A DNA stretch of 64,000 nucleotides, taken from assembly GCA_964483145.1 (NCBI GenBank), contig CAZAAK010000001.1:2575-66574 (forward strand). Direction: 5' to 3'. The stretch comes from an uncultured Bacteroidaceae bacterium. GTDB lineage: Bacteria; Bacteroidota; Bacteroidia; Bacteroidales; P3. The notes beneath the pieces were generated by a model. It was not told the DNA's origin and searched no databases. It saw only the letters and a list, made by a program, of their open reading frames with translations. The translations under genes were made by a program, and so were the position numbers. Numbering within the stretch: the first letter of the stretch is position 1; each line of letters begins with the position of its first letter. Shown here piece after piece: positions 10,602-20,864 of the stretch.

Positions 10602-11384
10602 ATGGAAAAGAAAATTGCTCTTATCACCGGTGCTACCAGTGGCATTGGAGAGGCTTGTGCCCGCCGTTTTGCTGCAGGCGGATACGATTTGATTGTTACC
10701 GGCCGCAATGCCGACAAACTGAACCTGTTGCGCGACGAGCTTGTTGAGGCAGGCACCGATGTGCTGGCCCTAAACTTTGATGTGCGCGATCGGGAGGCCG
10801 CCCATAAGGCCGTCGACTCCCTTAGCGGTAAATGGCAGAAGGTGGACGTGCTAATCAACAATGCTGGCCTTGCCCGTGGTCTGGAGCCCGAATACGGAGG
10901 TAGCTTTCAGGATTGGGACGAGATGATAGACACCAACATCAAGGGGTTGCTAACGATGACCCGCTATATCGTCCCCGGCATGGTGGAACGCGGCCGAGGC
11001 CACATCATCAATGTGGGCAGTGTGGCCGGAGACGCTGCTTATGCAGGCGGCAATGTCTATTGCGCCACCAAGTCGGCCGTGAAACTTATCTCCGACGGCT
11101 TGCGCATCGACTTGGTCAACACCGCCGTGCGGGTCACCAACCTCAAGCCTGGTCTGGTGCAGACCAACTTCAGCAACGTCCGTTTCCACGGCGATGATGC
11201 CCGCGCCGACAGCGTTTACAAAGGCATTCAGCCTCTCACCGGCGCCGACATCGCCGATGTGGCCTTTTATGCTGCCAGTGCTCCCGAACATGTGCAGATT
11301 GCCGAGGTGCTTGTCCTGGCTACCCATCAAGGTAGCGGCTCTGTTATCAGCAAGGATGTGAACAGGGTGGAGCATCTGTCCTAA
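10602..11384 (+). CDS. SDR family NAD(P)-dependent oxidoreductase (YdfG-like)
   Basis: TGATSGIGEA cofactor motif, NNAG, and YCATKSAV catalytic Y-x3-K. Confidence 0.85.
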   Translation: MEKKIALITGATSGIGEACARRFAAGGYDLIVTGRNADKLNLLRDELVEAGTDVLALNFDVRDREAAHKAVDSLSGKWQKVDVLINNAGLARGLEPEYGGSFQDWDEMIDTNIKGLLTMTRYIVPGMVERGRGHIINVGSVAGDAAYAGGNVYCATKSAVKLISDGLRIDLVNTAVRVTNLKPGLVQTNFSNVRFHGDDARADSVYKGIQPLTGADIADVAFYAASAPEHVQIAEVLVLATHQGSGSVISKDVNRVEHLS

Positions 11385-11403
11385 GTCCAACCCTTGCTCC
11401 AAC

Positions 11404-11440
11404 AAAAAATCCCGTTCGAGAAGTTCGAACGGGATTTTTG
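11404..11440. terminator. bidirectional hairpin terminator
   Basis: AAAAATCCCGTTCGA-loop-TCGAACGGGATTTTT, a perfect 11-bp GC core with A/T arms, between convergent genes. Confidence 0.8.
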
Positions 11441-11458
11441 TATTTTGGTTGGAATGCC

Positions 11459-12739
11459 TTATTTCCGTTTGGCTTTTTTGACGGATTTGGCATTTGTGGC
11501 AGTGCTCTTTTCGATGCCGAGTTTGGCAGCGATGGCATCGGGGATGGCGTCTTTATGGACCACATAGTTCATGGTCTTGTAGCGGACAAAGGCCTTGCTG
11601 GCATAGAACATGCCGTGGTATTCGCCATAGTCGCCCCAACTGTTCTTGACCATGTAGTACTCATTGCCCATCTGGTCCTTGGCGGTGCCGTAGATGACCA
11701 TGCCGTGGTCGTCGGTGGTCTCGCGATTGTCGTAGGCAATCTGGCGTTCTTCCTGGGTGACCCAGCGCTGCGGAGTGGGGTGTTTGGCTGCTTCGTCCTG
11801 AATGGCCTTGGCACTCATGCCGGTCCAATGGGCCATGTCGCTACCTTGCAGATTGGCGGCAGTGGCAGCATCGGCGGGCAGGACGCAGAAACCTTTGCGC
11901 ACACCCATGCGGAAGCCCTGTTCGCTAACATCACTGCCCCAGGCAATGGGGTAGCCGTTGGCAATGGCATTGTCCATAATCTCCATCATTTCGTCAATGG
12001 GGACATTGTAGGAGAGGCTCCAACGCCAGTTGTCCTGAATCTCGAGGACAAAACGGCTGTAGAAGGGGTGGTGGGTATAGGAGGTGATGCTCACATAGTC
12101 GTCGGCATTCAGGCCTAGGCTTTCGTAGAAGCTTTTTGGGGTGTACTCTTTGCCATTGTAGGTGAATTTCTCGGGGGCGGTGCCTAAGTAGACATCGTGC
12201 ACAGCCTTGATGGCTTTGATGCAGAGCAAGCCGTCTTCGCCGCGTTGGAGCTTTTTCAGTTTGTCGTTCTTGGCAATGGCAGCAACCATGGCATCGGTGA
12301 GTGCGCTGAGTTCGTTGTGGTTGGAGAGGGTGTCGCCATACATCACGCCTGGGCGCATGTACTGCTCGGGGATGAGGCCGAAGGTTTTCATGCCGTAGAT
12401 TACGTCAGAGAAGGCACCGCCTTGGCTGAAACTGACATCCCCGCTGGTGCGGATAGCCGCCATGGCGCGGTCGTTGTAGGTGTTGCTGACGATGTACATC
12501 TCACTGAAGTCGTAGGTGCCCTTGCCCATGCGGAGTAGCTCCGCCTCGATAAAGCCAAGCCCGCTGTAGCACCAGCATGTGCCGGCTTGGTTCTGGTTCT
12601 TGACAGAGGTGATGGGAAGTTCCTTGACAATGGTGAATTTGTAGCCTTCGTCTTCCGTCTGCTCTTCGGCCTTGGGGGCCTGAGCCAGAGCGGTGGCGCA
12701 GACAGCAGCAGCTGTCAGGGTCATAAAAAGTTTCTTCAT
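11459..12739 (-). CDS. C1-family (C1B, aminopeptidase C / bleomycin hydrolase-like) cysteine peptidase, secreted
   Basis: Signal peptide, catalytic-Cys motif QNQAGTCWCYS, and DDHGMVIYG / VKNSWG His/Asn region. Confidence 0.8.
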   Translation of the reverse strand: MKKLFMTLTAAAVCATALAQAPKAEEQTEDEGYKFTIVKELPITSVKNQNQAGTCWCYSGLGFIEAELLRMGKGTYDFSEMYIVSNTYNDRAMAAIRTSGDVSFSQGGAFSDVIYGMKTFGLIPEQYMRPGVMYGDTLSNHNELSALTDAMVAAIAKNDKLKKLQRGEDGLLCIKAIKAVHDVYLGTAPEKFTYNGKEYTPKSFYESLGLNADDYVSITSYTHHPFYSRFVLEIQDNWRWSLSYNVPIDEMMEIMDNAIANGYPIAWGSDVSEQGFRMGVRKGFCVLPADAATAANLQGSDMAHWTGMSAKAIQDEAAKHPTPQRWVTQEERQIAYDNRETTDDHGMVIYGTAKDQMGNEYYMVKNSWGDYGEYHGMFYASKAFVRYKTMNYVVHKDAIPDAIAAKLGIEKSTATNAKSVKKAKRK

Positions 12740-12778
12740 TTCCTTTGTGTTATTTTAATTGTACTTTGTTTTCGGTGA

Positions 12779-14209
12779 CTATTGCTCGGGTGCGAACATG
12801 GGGTCCCAGGCAGGGAGCATGACGGGTTTTTGCTGTAGCATGGTGCGGTATTGGCTGGGAATGTATTTCTCCTCAAGAACCACGCGGAACATGTACTGGT
12901 TGAACCAATCGTTGGTCATGATAAGGAATCCTTGATAGCCGTAGCTGCTGCCCCAGCTGTTTTCTACCATCCATTTGATGGGTTTGCCGTCCTTGTCTAG
13001 GTCAACAGCGCAGAGGGTCATGGCGTGGCTGCTACCGCTTGCATGCGTGGCGACGCGTTGCTTCTTGTCCATGCCGAAAGTGGTGCCGAAGAGGGAGGCA
13101 TAGTCGTAGTTGTTGACATCCATGAAACCCTTGTCGCGGTTAAGGAATTTGCCCACATCGCAGGAAAAATACATCATGGTGCTGTCCTTGATGGAGGCAA
13201 TGCACATAGGGGCGATTTCTTCCATCGGGAGGTTTAGGTAGCGCCAGTTCTGACCGTCGTAGACGTGGCGGTCGTACTGGATTTCGTATACCTTATAGTA
13301 TTCGCGAGTGGGGTCGTTCATAATCATGTAGTATTTGGAGAAATCGGTCTTGGCAAATTTCTCATAGAACGATTGTGGCGTATAGGTTTCGGTGGAGACA
13401 ATCTCGCCCTTGGCGTTCTTCTGCTGCCAGGAGAATTGGGCCGGAGGCTCGCCCATGGTCAAGGCTAGCATGCGGTAGATGGTGCCCAACATCTCGGTTT
13501 TGCGCTGTTGTAACTGGGCAGCGGTGGTGCCTTTTTTTGCGGCTAGTTCGCGGAGCTCTAGACCATCCTCGCGCAATTTGAGCGAGATAAGGCTACTGAT
13601 GCTGCTAGTGTTGTTGGTGTTGTAGGTCTCGGGCATAGCCTCGGCGGGTACAAGTCCGTATTTGTCAATTAGGTTGGCAACGCCAGTAAATTGGCCACCA
13701 TCGCTGATGGGGTTTTTGAAAAGCCAGTCCACTTCCTGGTCGTCGAGGGGCTTTTTGTAGGTGTCAATCATGGCCTGCAGAAAGAGGTTGGACTTTTCCA
13801 ATTGGTCGTAGAAGAAAGTGTAGGCCTGCGAGAACTGAAAATCGGCGGGGAGGTTGTGCTCGCGGATGGCTTTGTTGCGTAGCACGTTCATGCCGGTGAA
13901 CATCCAGCAACGGCCCGAGGACTTCTGGTCGGTGATGGCTTTGCTTTCCACACGGTTGGAAAAATGGCTGTCGAAGGCGGTGCTGTTCTCGTAGTTAAGT
14001 GCCAATTTAGTGGGGCTACTAGTGACCAGAATATTGCGCAGGGCTTTGTCGCTAGCGTTGCCGGTATAGCTTTGCTTCATCTGCTGCATCATTGCAGCGG
14101 AGATGCCGCCGTTGTCCGAAGTGGCGTTTTTGGCGTTCTTTTTTTGCGCCTGAGCCGGAGCAACAAGCAAAAGGGCTGAGGCTGCAAAGACAAAAAATAA
14201 TCGTTTCAT
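12779..14209 (-). CDS. C1-family (C1B, aminopeptidase C-like) cysteine peptidase, secreted paralogue
   Basis: Signal peptide, QKSSGRCWMF catalytic-Cys motif, HAMTLCAVD...VENSWG. Confidence 0.8.
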   Translation of the reverse strand: MKRLFFVFAASALLLVAPAQAQKKNAKNATSDNGGISAAMMQQMKQSYTGNASDKALRNILVTSSPTKLALNYENSTAFDSHFSNRVESKAITDQKSSGRCWMFTGMNVLRNKAIREHNLPADFQFSQAYTFFYDQLEKSNLFLQAMIDTYKKPLDDQEVDWLFKNPISDGGQFTGVANLIDKYGLVPAEAMPETYNTNNTSSISSLISLKLREDGLELRELAAKKGTTAAQLQQRKTEMLGTIYRMLALTMGEPPAQFSWQQKNAKGEIVSTETYTPQSFYEKFAKTDFSKYYMIMNDPTREYYKVYEIQYDRHVYDGQNWRYLNLPMEEIAPMCIASIKDSTMMYFSCDVGKFLNRDKGFMDVNNYDYASLFGTTFGMDKKQRVATHASGSSHAMTLCAVDLDKDGKPIKWMVENSWGSSYGYQGFLIMTNDWFNQYMFRVVLEEKYIPSQYRTMLQQKPVMLPAWDPMFAPEQ

Positions 14210-14231
14210 ATCGTGCTGTTTTCTTTTTGAT

Positions 14232-15368
14232 TTACTTGATGTTGAGAGCTTCTTTTATGGCAGGCTCGATGTCGTTGCCGCGGAGGTCGCGTTTGATGAT
14301 GGTGCCCTGTTGGTCGACAAGCAGAATCATGGGAATGCCCTTGACGCCGTAGCTTTCGGTGGCAACCCGGGTGGTGTCAATCAGCTGTGGATAGGTGATG
14401 CAGAGGTCGGCAACGGCCTTTTGGTGGTCGGGCATTTTGTCCCAAACGTCCACTCCAATGATGTCCAGGCCTTTGGCGCTGTATTTGTTGTACAGGCGGA
14501 CGAGGTTTTCGGAAATCTCCTTGCGACAGGGGCCGCACCAGGAAGCCCAAAAGTCGATGAGGGTAACCTTGGTGCTGTCGAGCATGGCGCTGAGGGTGGT
14601 GGCGTTGCCGGTGGCATAGTCGATGCCTTTGATGTCAACGAAATGTTTCCCCTCGGAGGTGTTGGCCACATTAAAGAGCTCGGTGCGGGCCTTGAGCAGA
14701 GGGGCATATTGGGCGATGACGCTACCGGAGTGGTTCATGATGCTGTCGAGTTGCTCGTAGGAGAGTTTCTCGTATTGTACTGCGCGGCTCAGGGCAAAGG
14801 CTCCGATGATGTTGTCCTTGTTCTGCCCGAAGATTTCCTTACAACGGGAGGCATCGTACGCCGTCAGCAGGCTGTCCAACTGAGTGTATTGTTTGATGAT
14901 GTCGGCTTGCTCGTCCGGGGTGCTTGCGCCGCGGTATTTCTCTAGCAGGACTTCTAGGCGGCTTTGATAGCCACGGGCGGTAGTGTCGCAAGTGAAAGTC
15001 TTGTAATAGAGGTCGTTCATGGGTGTGCCATAGAGCGTGTCGGAGACCATGTTGATGTGTATGGTGCCGGGTTCGATAACTAGGGCCCCATAGTAGCGCT
15101 TGCCCTGGGCAGCGGGATTGTTGGAAAAGGTGATGAGCATGGCCATGCGGGTGGTGTCGGCAGCGCCGGAAAACTGGAAGAGACCGTTGGTGATGATGGC
15201 AGAGTCGAGCAACTCGGCACCATCGATATCGGTTAGGTATACCTTGGCACCATTGAAGGCCGTTTCGGGCATTTCGCCCTCGATGGTGTAATTGGTGGAG
15301 GCCTGTTTGCAGGCGGTGGCGCCCAATATCAGGGCAGCGGCAAGTAAAATACTGATAATCTTATGCAT
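14232..15368 (-). CDS. TlpA-family thiol:disulfide oxidoreductase lipoprotein (DUF4369-like N-domain + thioredoxin fold)
   Basis: WASWCGPCRKE active site and lipobox-like LGATAC. Start taken at the ATG at 15368 (MHKIISILL). Confidence 0.8.
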   Translation of the reverse strand: MHKIISILLAAALILGATACKQASTNYTIEGEMPETAFNGAKVYLTDIDGAELLDSAIITNGLFQFSGAADTTRMAMLITFSNNPAAQGKRYYGALVIEPGTIHINMVSDTLYGTPMNDLYYKTFTCDTTARGYQSRLEVLLEKYRGASTPDEQADIIKQYTQLDSLLTAYDASRCKEIFGQNKDNIIGAFALSRAVQYEKLSYEQLDSIMNHSGSVIAQYAPLLKARTELFNVANTSEGKHFVDIKGIDYATGNATTLSAMLDSTKVTLIDFWASWCGPCRKEISENLVRLYNKYSAKGLDIIGVDVWDKMPDHQKAVADLCITYPQLIDTTRVATESYGVKGIPMILLVDQQGTIIKRDLRGNDIEPAIKEALNIK

Positions 15369-15398
15369 AACGTATTTGTTTTTATCCACACTGAATTG

Positions 15399-15406
15399 CA
15401 AAAATA
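15399..15406 (-). promoter_or_regulatory. -7 box TATTTTTG (minus strand)
   Basis: About 30 nt upstream of the 15368 start. Confidence 0.4.
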
Positions 15407-15777
15407 CACTTTTTTTTTGATATGCAGAGGTTTTGGTCTGCCGACTTTGCTCAGGGAGGCTTTGCCCGACCTAGAGGCCTCTTGCTGCCTCGGCTCGCAA
15501 CGCCTCGGAGGCGTTGTGGCATCGCCCCTTTGGTATACCTTGCTAGCAATCCACCCGTGCATTTCTGCCGCACAGGGGCGGTTATGGGTGTTGGGGGATG
15601 CGGGCTGGATGCGGAGCCATAGCGGCTGGAATTTACTACATCCGTGGGCAGATTCAATATCATGCGCGCAGAACTTCTGTCACGGACCATTTCGCGCCTT
15701 TGGACTGTTTTCGGATGAAAAATAGTTAAAATGGGTCCTTTGGATGAAAAAAATGGTGTTATGTCGGAAAAAAGACG

Positions 15778-15785
15778 TACCTTTG
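15778..15785 (+). promoter_or_regulatory. -7 box TACCTTTG
   Basis: About 37 nt upstream of the guaB ATG at 15822. Confidence 0.5.
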
Positions 15786-15821
15786 CACAATTTTTCGAAC
15801 CGAACAAAAATATTTATTGTT

Positions 15822-17294
15822 ATGTACACAGATGTCACTAAGTTTATTGGCGAAGGCCTTACCTACGATGACGTGCTGTTGGTGCCGTCCTATTCAGAAA
15901 TCCTTCCCCGCGAGGTAACCGTAGCTACCCGCTTCTCCCGCAACATCAGGCTCAATACGCCCCTTGTTTCGGCCGCTATGGACACGGTGACCGAGGCCGC
16001 GATGGCAATCGGCATGGCTCAGGAGGGTGGTATCGGTGTGTTGCACAAGAACATGTCCATAGAACGTCAGGCCAACGAGGTCCGCAAAGTGAAGCGTGCC
16101 GAAAATGGCATGATTATCGACCCCGTGACCCTTACCAAGGATGCCAAGGTAAAGGATGCCCAGCACCTGATGCAGGAGTATGGCATTGGTGGCATCCCTA
16201 TTGTGGACGAGGATCGCATGCTCATTGGCATGGTAACCAACCGCGATTTGCGTTTTGAGCGCGACATGGAGCGTCCTCTTTCGGAAATTATGATTACCAA
16301 GCTCATCACCACCCATGTTGGCACCACCTTTGCCGAGGCTACCGACATCTTGCAACAACATAAAATTGAGAAGTTGCCTGTAGTGAACGAGAAAGGCCAG
16401 TTTATGGGTTTGATAACCTATCGCGACATCATAAAAACCAAAGAGCGCCCCTTGGCCTGCAAGGACAAGGACGGCCGCCTCTGCGTGGCTGCTGGTGTAG
16501 GCATTACGGACGATATGATGGACCGTGTGGATGCATTGGTGAAAGCCGGTGCCGATGCCATTGTTATCGACACCGCGCATGGTCACAGCATCCGGGTGGT
16601 GGAGGCCTTGAGGAAGGTGAAAACCAAATATCCGGGCCTTGACGTTGTGGTGGGTAATATTGCCACTGGTGATGCAGCCCTGATGCTAGCCGAGGCTGGC
16701 GCCGATGCCATCAAGGTGGGCATCGGGCCCGGTAGTATCTGCTCCACCCGCATTGTGGCCGGCATCGGGGTGCCGCAGCTTACTGCTGTTTGCGAATGCG
16801 TTGGTGCTTTAAAGCAGAAGGGCTATGATGTGCCTGTTATTGCCGATGGTGGCATCCGCTATAGTGGCGACATCGTAAAGGCTTTGGCTGCCGGCGCGTG
16901 CTCGGTGATGATAGGTTCGCTGATTGCTGGGGTGGACGAAGCTCCGGGGGAGACCATTATTTTCGAAGGTCGCAAATTCAAGTCCTACCGTGGCATGGGT
17001 TCGCTCGAAGCCATGCAGAGTGGTTCCAAGGACCGCTATTTCCAAGACAAGGAAACCGATGCCAAAAAGCTTGTCCCCGAAGGTGTTGTGGGGCGCGTAC
17101 CTTACAAAGGTACGCTGAGTGAGGTGCTTTACCAGATGGTTGGTGGGTTGAAAGCCGGCATGGGATATACCGGTTCGAAGGACATCCCTGCCCTGCAGAA
17201 GGCTAAGTTCATCCGCATCACCGCTGCCGGTGTCACCGAGAGCCATCCACACGACATTACCATTACCCGCGAAGCCCCCAATTACTCAAGATAA
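15822..17294 (+). CDS. guaB: IMP dehydrogenase
   Basis: Begins [25 protein letters not shown]. Has tandem CBS domains and a [11 protein letters not shown] catalytic loop. The upstream ORF extension from 15744 overlaps the promoter box. Confidence 0.95.
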   Translation: MYTDVTKFIGEGLTYDDVLLVPSYSEILPREVTVATRFSRNIRLNTPLVSAAMDTVTEAAMAIGMAQEGGIGVLHKNMSIERQANEVRKVKRAENGMIIDPVTLTKDAKVKDAQHLMQEYGIGGIPIVDEDRMLIGMVTNRDLRFERDMERPLSEIMITKLITTHVGTTFAEATDILQQHKIEKLPVVNEKGQFMGLITYRDIIKTKERPLACKDKDGRLCVAAGVGITDDMMDRVDALVKAGADAIVIDTAHGHSIRVVEALRKVKTKYPGLDVVVGNIATGDAALMLAEAGADAIKVGIGPGSICSTRIVAGIGVPQLTAVCECVGALKQKGYDVPVIADGGIRYSGDIVKALAAGACSVMIGSLIAGVDEAPGETIIFEGRKFKSYRGMGSLEAMQSGSKDRYFQDKETDAKKLVPEGVVGRVPYKGTLSEVLYQMVGGLKAGMGYTGSKDIPALQKAKFIRITAAGVTESHPHDITITREAPNYSR

Positions 17295-17317
17295 GAACAA
17301 ATAAGGAAACGTTTTTT

Positions 17318-19405
17318 TTGATGAAAAAAATTTTTATAGCCATCTGCCTCACAGCGATGATGTGGGGTGTTGTTGCCCAAACCAACGACCCTGTGGTTTT
17401 TGAAATCAACGGCAAGGAATACCGCCAATCGCAATTCCTAAAGGATTACATGCGTTCGGTAGGGAAGAGCACAGCTCAAAGTCCAGCAACGGCGGCCCAA
17501 AAACGCAAAGCCCTTGAAGATTATGCGCTTTTGTATGTGAATTTCCACACCAAATTGGCCGATGCCTATGCTATGGGCTACGATACCTTGGCCGACCTTA
17601 ACCGTGAGCTAGGCATCTACCGCAAGGAATTGGCTACTCCCTACTTGGTCGACTCCGTCACCTTGCAGTCGCTTCTGCGCGAAGCCTACGAGCGCAACCA
17701 TTATGTGTTGCACGGAGCACACATCTTGGTGCCTTGTCCCGAGAATTCCAGCCCGGAGGACACCCTTAAGGCCTATCGGCATGCTATGGAGGTCTACAAT
17801 CAGGCGCTCGCGGCTGCCGATTTCTACGCCGTTGCCCAGCAGGAGATGAAGCTGCAGCGCTCCACCGACCGCGACCCGCTGATACGCCAAAAGGCCGATG
17901 ATGTCAACCCGAGGGAGGGGGATTTGGGCTGTTTTACGGTGTTTGACATGATATATCCATTTGAGTCGGCTGCCTATAGCATGGAGCCGGGGCAAGTTCA
18001 CAAACCTGTGCGAACCCGCTATGGCTATCATATCATCAAACTCTTCGACCGCTACAAATATTACGGCAAGGCGCAGTTGGCTCATATCTGGATTTCCGCC
18101 AAGGACGCTAGTGCCAAAGGCAAAATCAACTCGGCTTACCGGCAGCTACAGGAAGGCACCGATTTCGGTGTAGTGGCTAAGAACTACAGCGACGACCCCA
18201 CCGCTAGAAATGGTGGCGTCATGCCCGAACTCCCCCCCAACCAGTTGCCCTACGACTATGTAGAGCAAGTGTCCAAAGGGTTGAAGGTGGGCGAGTATTC
18301 CGAGCCTTTCCAAACCGTTTATGGATGGCATATCATCAAACTGCTCAAGCAGGAGACCATGCCTGCGTTCGAGAGTATGGTGCCTTACTACAAGTCCCGC
18401 ATGAACCGCGGTGAACGTGCCACCAAACCCCAGCATATCTTTGTTTTGCAGTGCAAGGGAAGGTACAATTTTGTAGACTATACCACTGTTCGGACCTCCA
18501 AAAAGAAGAATGCCCCCTATGCCGCCAGTTTGGATGCTGTGCGCGCTTTGGTGACGGATTCGGTTTTTTCGGCTATTTTCCACTACGACAGCAATCAGAT
18601 TACCGATATGCGCCCGCTGTTTAGCATCGGACATAAGCAGTTCAATTCCCGCGATTTTGCACGTTACATCTACAAAAACAAAAAGGTGCGCCGCATCTGC
18701 AGTTTGGATTCTTTTGTGGTGGACCGTTATCGCGATTTTGTCGAGGCCAAGGTGTTGGAATATGCCGACAGTCGTTTGGAAATAGACAATCCCGAGTTTG
18801 GCGAGCTGATGGACGAATACCGTCATGGGCTGATGATTTTTGCCTATAACGACCACATGGTTTGGGCTAAAGCCCTGAAGGACACTGCCGGATTTGAGGA
18901 CTTCTGCCTGCAGGCCAGCCGGGATTTTCATTTTGGCGACTCTGCCGATGCAGTCTATTTTTGGAACGAGCGTGCCCGCGTGCAGTGCTATACCGTTGCC
19001 GACAGCACCCTGCTCCCCAAGAAAAAGGCCTTGGCAGTGTTGTCCAAGGGGCAGAAAAAAGGTTGGGGCAGCGATAAGGTGCTTGAGGGGCTGACGGCCA
19101 AAGTGCGCGGTAAGAATGCCGATAAGGTCTCGCACCAGATAGAAGTGGTTGAAAAAGGCAACCAGCAATTGCTAGCCGAAGGAGAATGGCATGTGGGCAC
19201 TTATATCCATAATTCGGACAGCGGAAGCTATCAGGTTTTGGTTGTGGAGCAGATCCTGCAGCCCGAGTTGAAAACCCGCGACGAAGCCCGCGGATATTAC
19301 CTGAACGCTTTCCAAAACTATCTCGAGGAGCAGAACAACGCCGCCTTGCGCAAGAAATACAACGTAAAAATCCATCACGACGTCTTGGAGAAAATGGAGT
19401 ATTAG
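17318..19405 (+). CDS. peptidylprolyl isomerase (parvulin/PpiD-like, two PPIase domains)
   Basis: Signal peptide and two parvulin cores (GDLGCF...RYGYHIIKL; GGVMPE...VYGWHIIKL). Confidence 0.8.
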   Translation: MMKKIFIAICLTAMMWGVVAQTNDPVVFEINGKEYRQSQFLKDYMRSVGKSTAQSPATAAQKRKALEDYALLYVNFHTKLADAYAMGYDTLADLNRELGIYRKELATPYLVDSVTLQSLLREAYERNHYVLHGAHILVPCPENSSPEDTLKAYRHAMEVYNQALAAADFYAVAQQEMKLQRSTDRDPLIRQKADDVNPREGDLGCFTVFDMIYPFESAAYSMEPGQVHKPVRTRYGYHIIKLFDRYKYYGKAQLAHIWISAKDASAKGKINSAYRQLQEGTDFGVVAKNYSDDPTARNGGVMPELPPNQLPYDYVEQVSKGLKVGEYSEPFQTVYGWHIIKLLKQETMPAFESMVPYYKSRMNRGERATKPQHIFVLQCKGRYNFVDYTTVRTSKKKNAPYAASLDAVRALVTDSVFSAIFHYDSNQITDMRPLFSIGHKQFNSRDFARYIYKNKKVRRICSLDSFVVDRYRDFVEAKVLEYADSRLEIDNPEFGELMDEYRHGLMIFAYNDHMVWAKALKDTAGFEDFCLQASRDFHFGDSADAVYFWNERARVQCYTVADSTLLPKKKALAVLSKGQKKGWGSDKVLEGLTAKVRGKNADKVSHQIEVVEKGNQQLLAEGEWHVGTYIHNSDSGSYQVLVVEQILQPELKTRDEARGYYLNAFQNYLEEQNNAALRKKYNVKIHHDVLEKMEY

Positions 19406-19457
19406 GGTGCGCGCATTGGTCGGGTGCAGGCATTAATTAATGGAACATGGTTAACAA

Positions 19458-20813
19458 GTGATACATATGAAGAGAACTGTTGTGATACTGCTGGCGCTGC
19501 TGCCGTTGCTGCTGCCGGCACAAAACAGCGAGCGGCAGGTCGTCGACGGAATTGTGGCAGTAGTCGGGCAGACCATTGTCAAGAATTCCGACATCGAGCA
19601 GGCCTACGCGCAAATACGGCTTCGCCAAGGGGTAGAGAACGAGTATGCCGAACGTTGCCAATTGCTAGAAAGCATGCTCATTAGCAAGTTGCTGGTGCAC
19701 AAGGGCGTGGTGGACAGCGTTGAAGTTACCGACGATCAGGTGGAGGAACAGGTGCAGTACTATCTCAAGGCAGCTGTCCGTCAGGCCGGCGGCAAGGATA
19801 AGCTCCGCGAGACCTTCCAGTATAGCTACGACGAGTTGCACGATCAGTACTTCGACCTTTTGCACGATCGCATCCTCAGCCAAAAGGTGGAGTATCTGTT
19901 GACGGAAAATGTCAAGGTAACTCCCGCCGAGGTGAGCGAGTACTACTCACGGATTGCTCAGGACAGCCTTCCGGTGATACCTGCCCAGTACGAGGTGTCG
20001 GAGATTGTGATAGAACCCGTCATCAGTGAGCAGGAGCGCGACCGTGTGAGGGGTGAGTTGGCAGAGTTGCGCGAACGCATCGTAAAAGGCGAGAAATTCA
20101 GCATGTTGGCTAAGCTCTATTCTCAGGACCCAGGTTCGGCATCCAAGGGTGGTGAGTTGGGGTTCTTTAGCCGTGGCGATATGGTTAAGGAGTTCGAGGC
20201 AGCTGCCTTTGCCCTCAAGCCCGGCGAGGTATCGCCTATTGTGGAGACGGAATACGGATTCCATATTCTTCAGTTAATCGAGCGTCGTGGCAACACTATC
20301 AACGTGCGTCACATCCTTCTACAGCCCAAGACCTCCTCGGAGGATTTGCTTCGGGCCCGTGTTACTTTGGACAGCCTAGCGGATGAGATTCGCAAAGGCA
20401 ACATCACCTTTGAGGCTGCCGCGCAAAAGTTCAGTAGCGGTGTGAGTAAGGCTCAGGGCGGCACCGTCACCAACCCCTCCACCGGCAGCAGCCTGTTCGA
20501 CAAGGAGACCTTTGCCCAAATATATCCTGGCGTGGGCATTGTGGGTATGGAAGTGAACGAAATCTCCAACGCCACCGCCTTTCAGACGGCAGAAAACAAG
20601 TCCGCCTACTGCTTGATTAAACTCAACCGCAAAATACCCCAGCACAAGGCCAATTTGACGGATGATTACGACCGGATTTACAATGCCTGCCTGCAAAATG
20701 CCAAGTCCGAGAAGGTAATCGAGTGGGCCAACCGCATGGTCAAGACCACTTATATCCGCATTTCGGACGAATATCGTGCTTGTCCCAATTTTAGGGTCAA
20801 ATGGCCCAAATAA
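19458..20813 (+). CDS. SurA-like periplasmic chaperone / parvulin PPIase
   Basis: Signal peptide, SurA N-domain-like region, parvulin core GGELGFFSRGDMVKEFE...EYGFHILQL. Confidence 0.8.
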   Translation: MIHMKRTVVILLALLPLLLPAQNSERQVVDGIVAVVGQTIVKNSDIEQAYAQIRLRQGVENEYAERCQLLESMLISKLLVHKGVVDSVEVTDDQVEEQVQYYLKAAVRQAGGKDKLRETFQYSYDELHDQYFDLLHDRILSQKVEYLLTENVKVTPAEVSEYYSRIAQDSLPVIPAQYEVSEIVIEPVISEQERDRVRGELAELRERIVKGEKFSMLAKLYSQDPGSASKGGELGFFSRGDMVKEFEAAAFALKPGEVSPIVETEYGFHILQLIERRGNTINVRHILLQPKTSSEDLLRARVTLDSLADEIRKGNITFEAAAQKFSSGVSKAQGGTVTNPSTGSSLFDKETFAQIYPGVGIVGMEVNEISNATAFQTAENKSAYCLIKLNRKIPQHKANLTDDYDRIYNACLQNAKSEKVIEWANRMVKTTYIRISDEYRACPNFRVKWPK

Positions 20814-20864
20814 CCATAGGCATTGCTTCTGTTGGGTTTAATTGTTGGATAAAAGAAGAAAGTT

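Noticed and set aside
18146-19168. 340-aa minus-strand ORF (and similar ones at 1919..2677, 6122..6754, 15894..16586, 21951..22631, 41215..41967, 54229..54978, 55758..56477)
   Set aside because: All are antisense to genes with strong family signatures, and none has motifs of its own.
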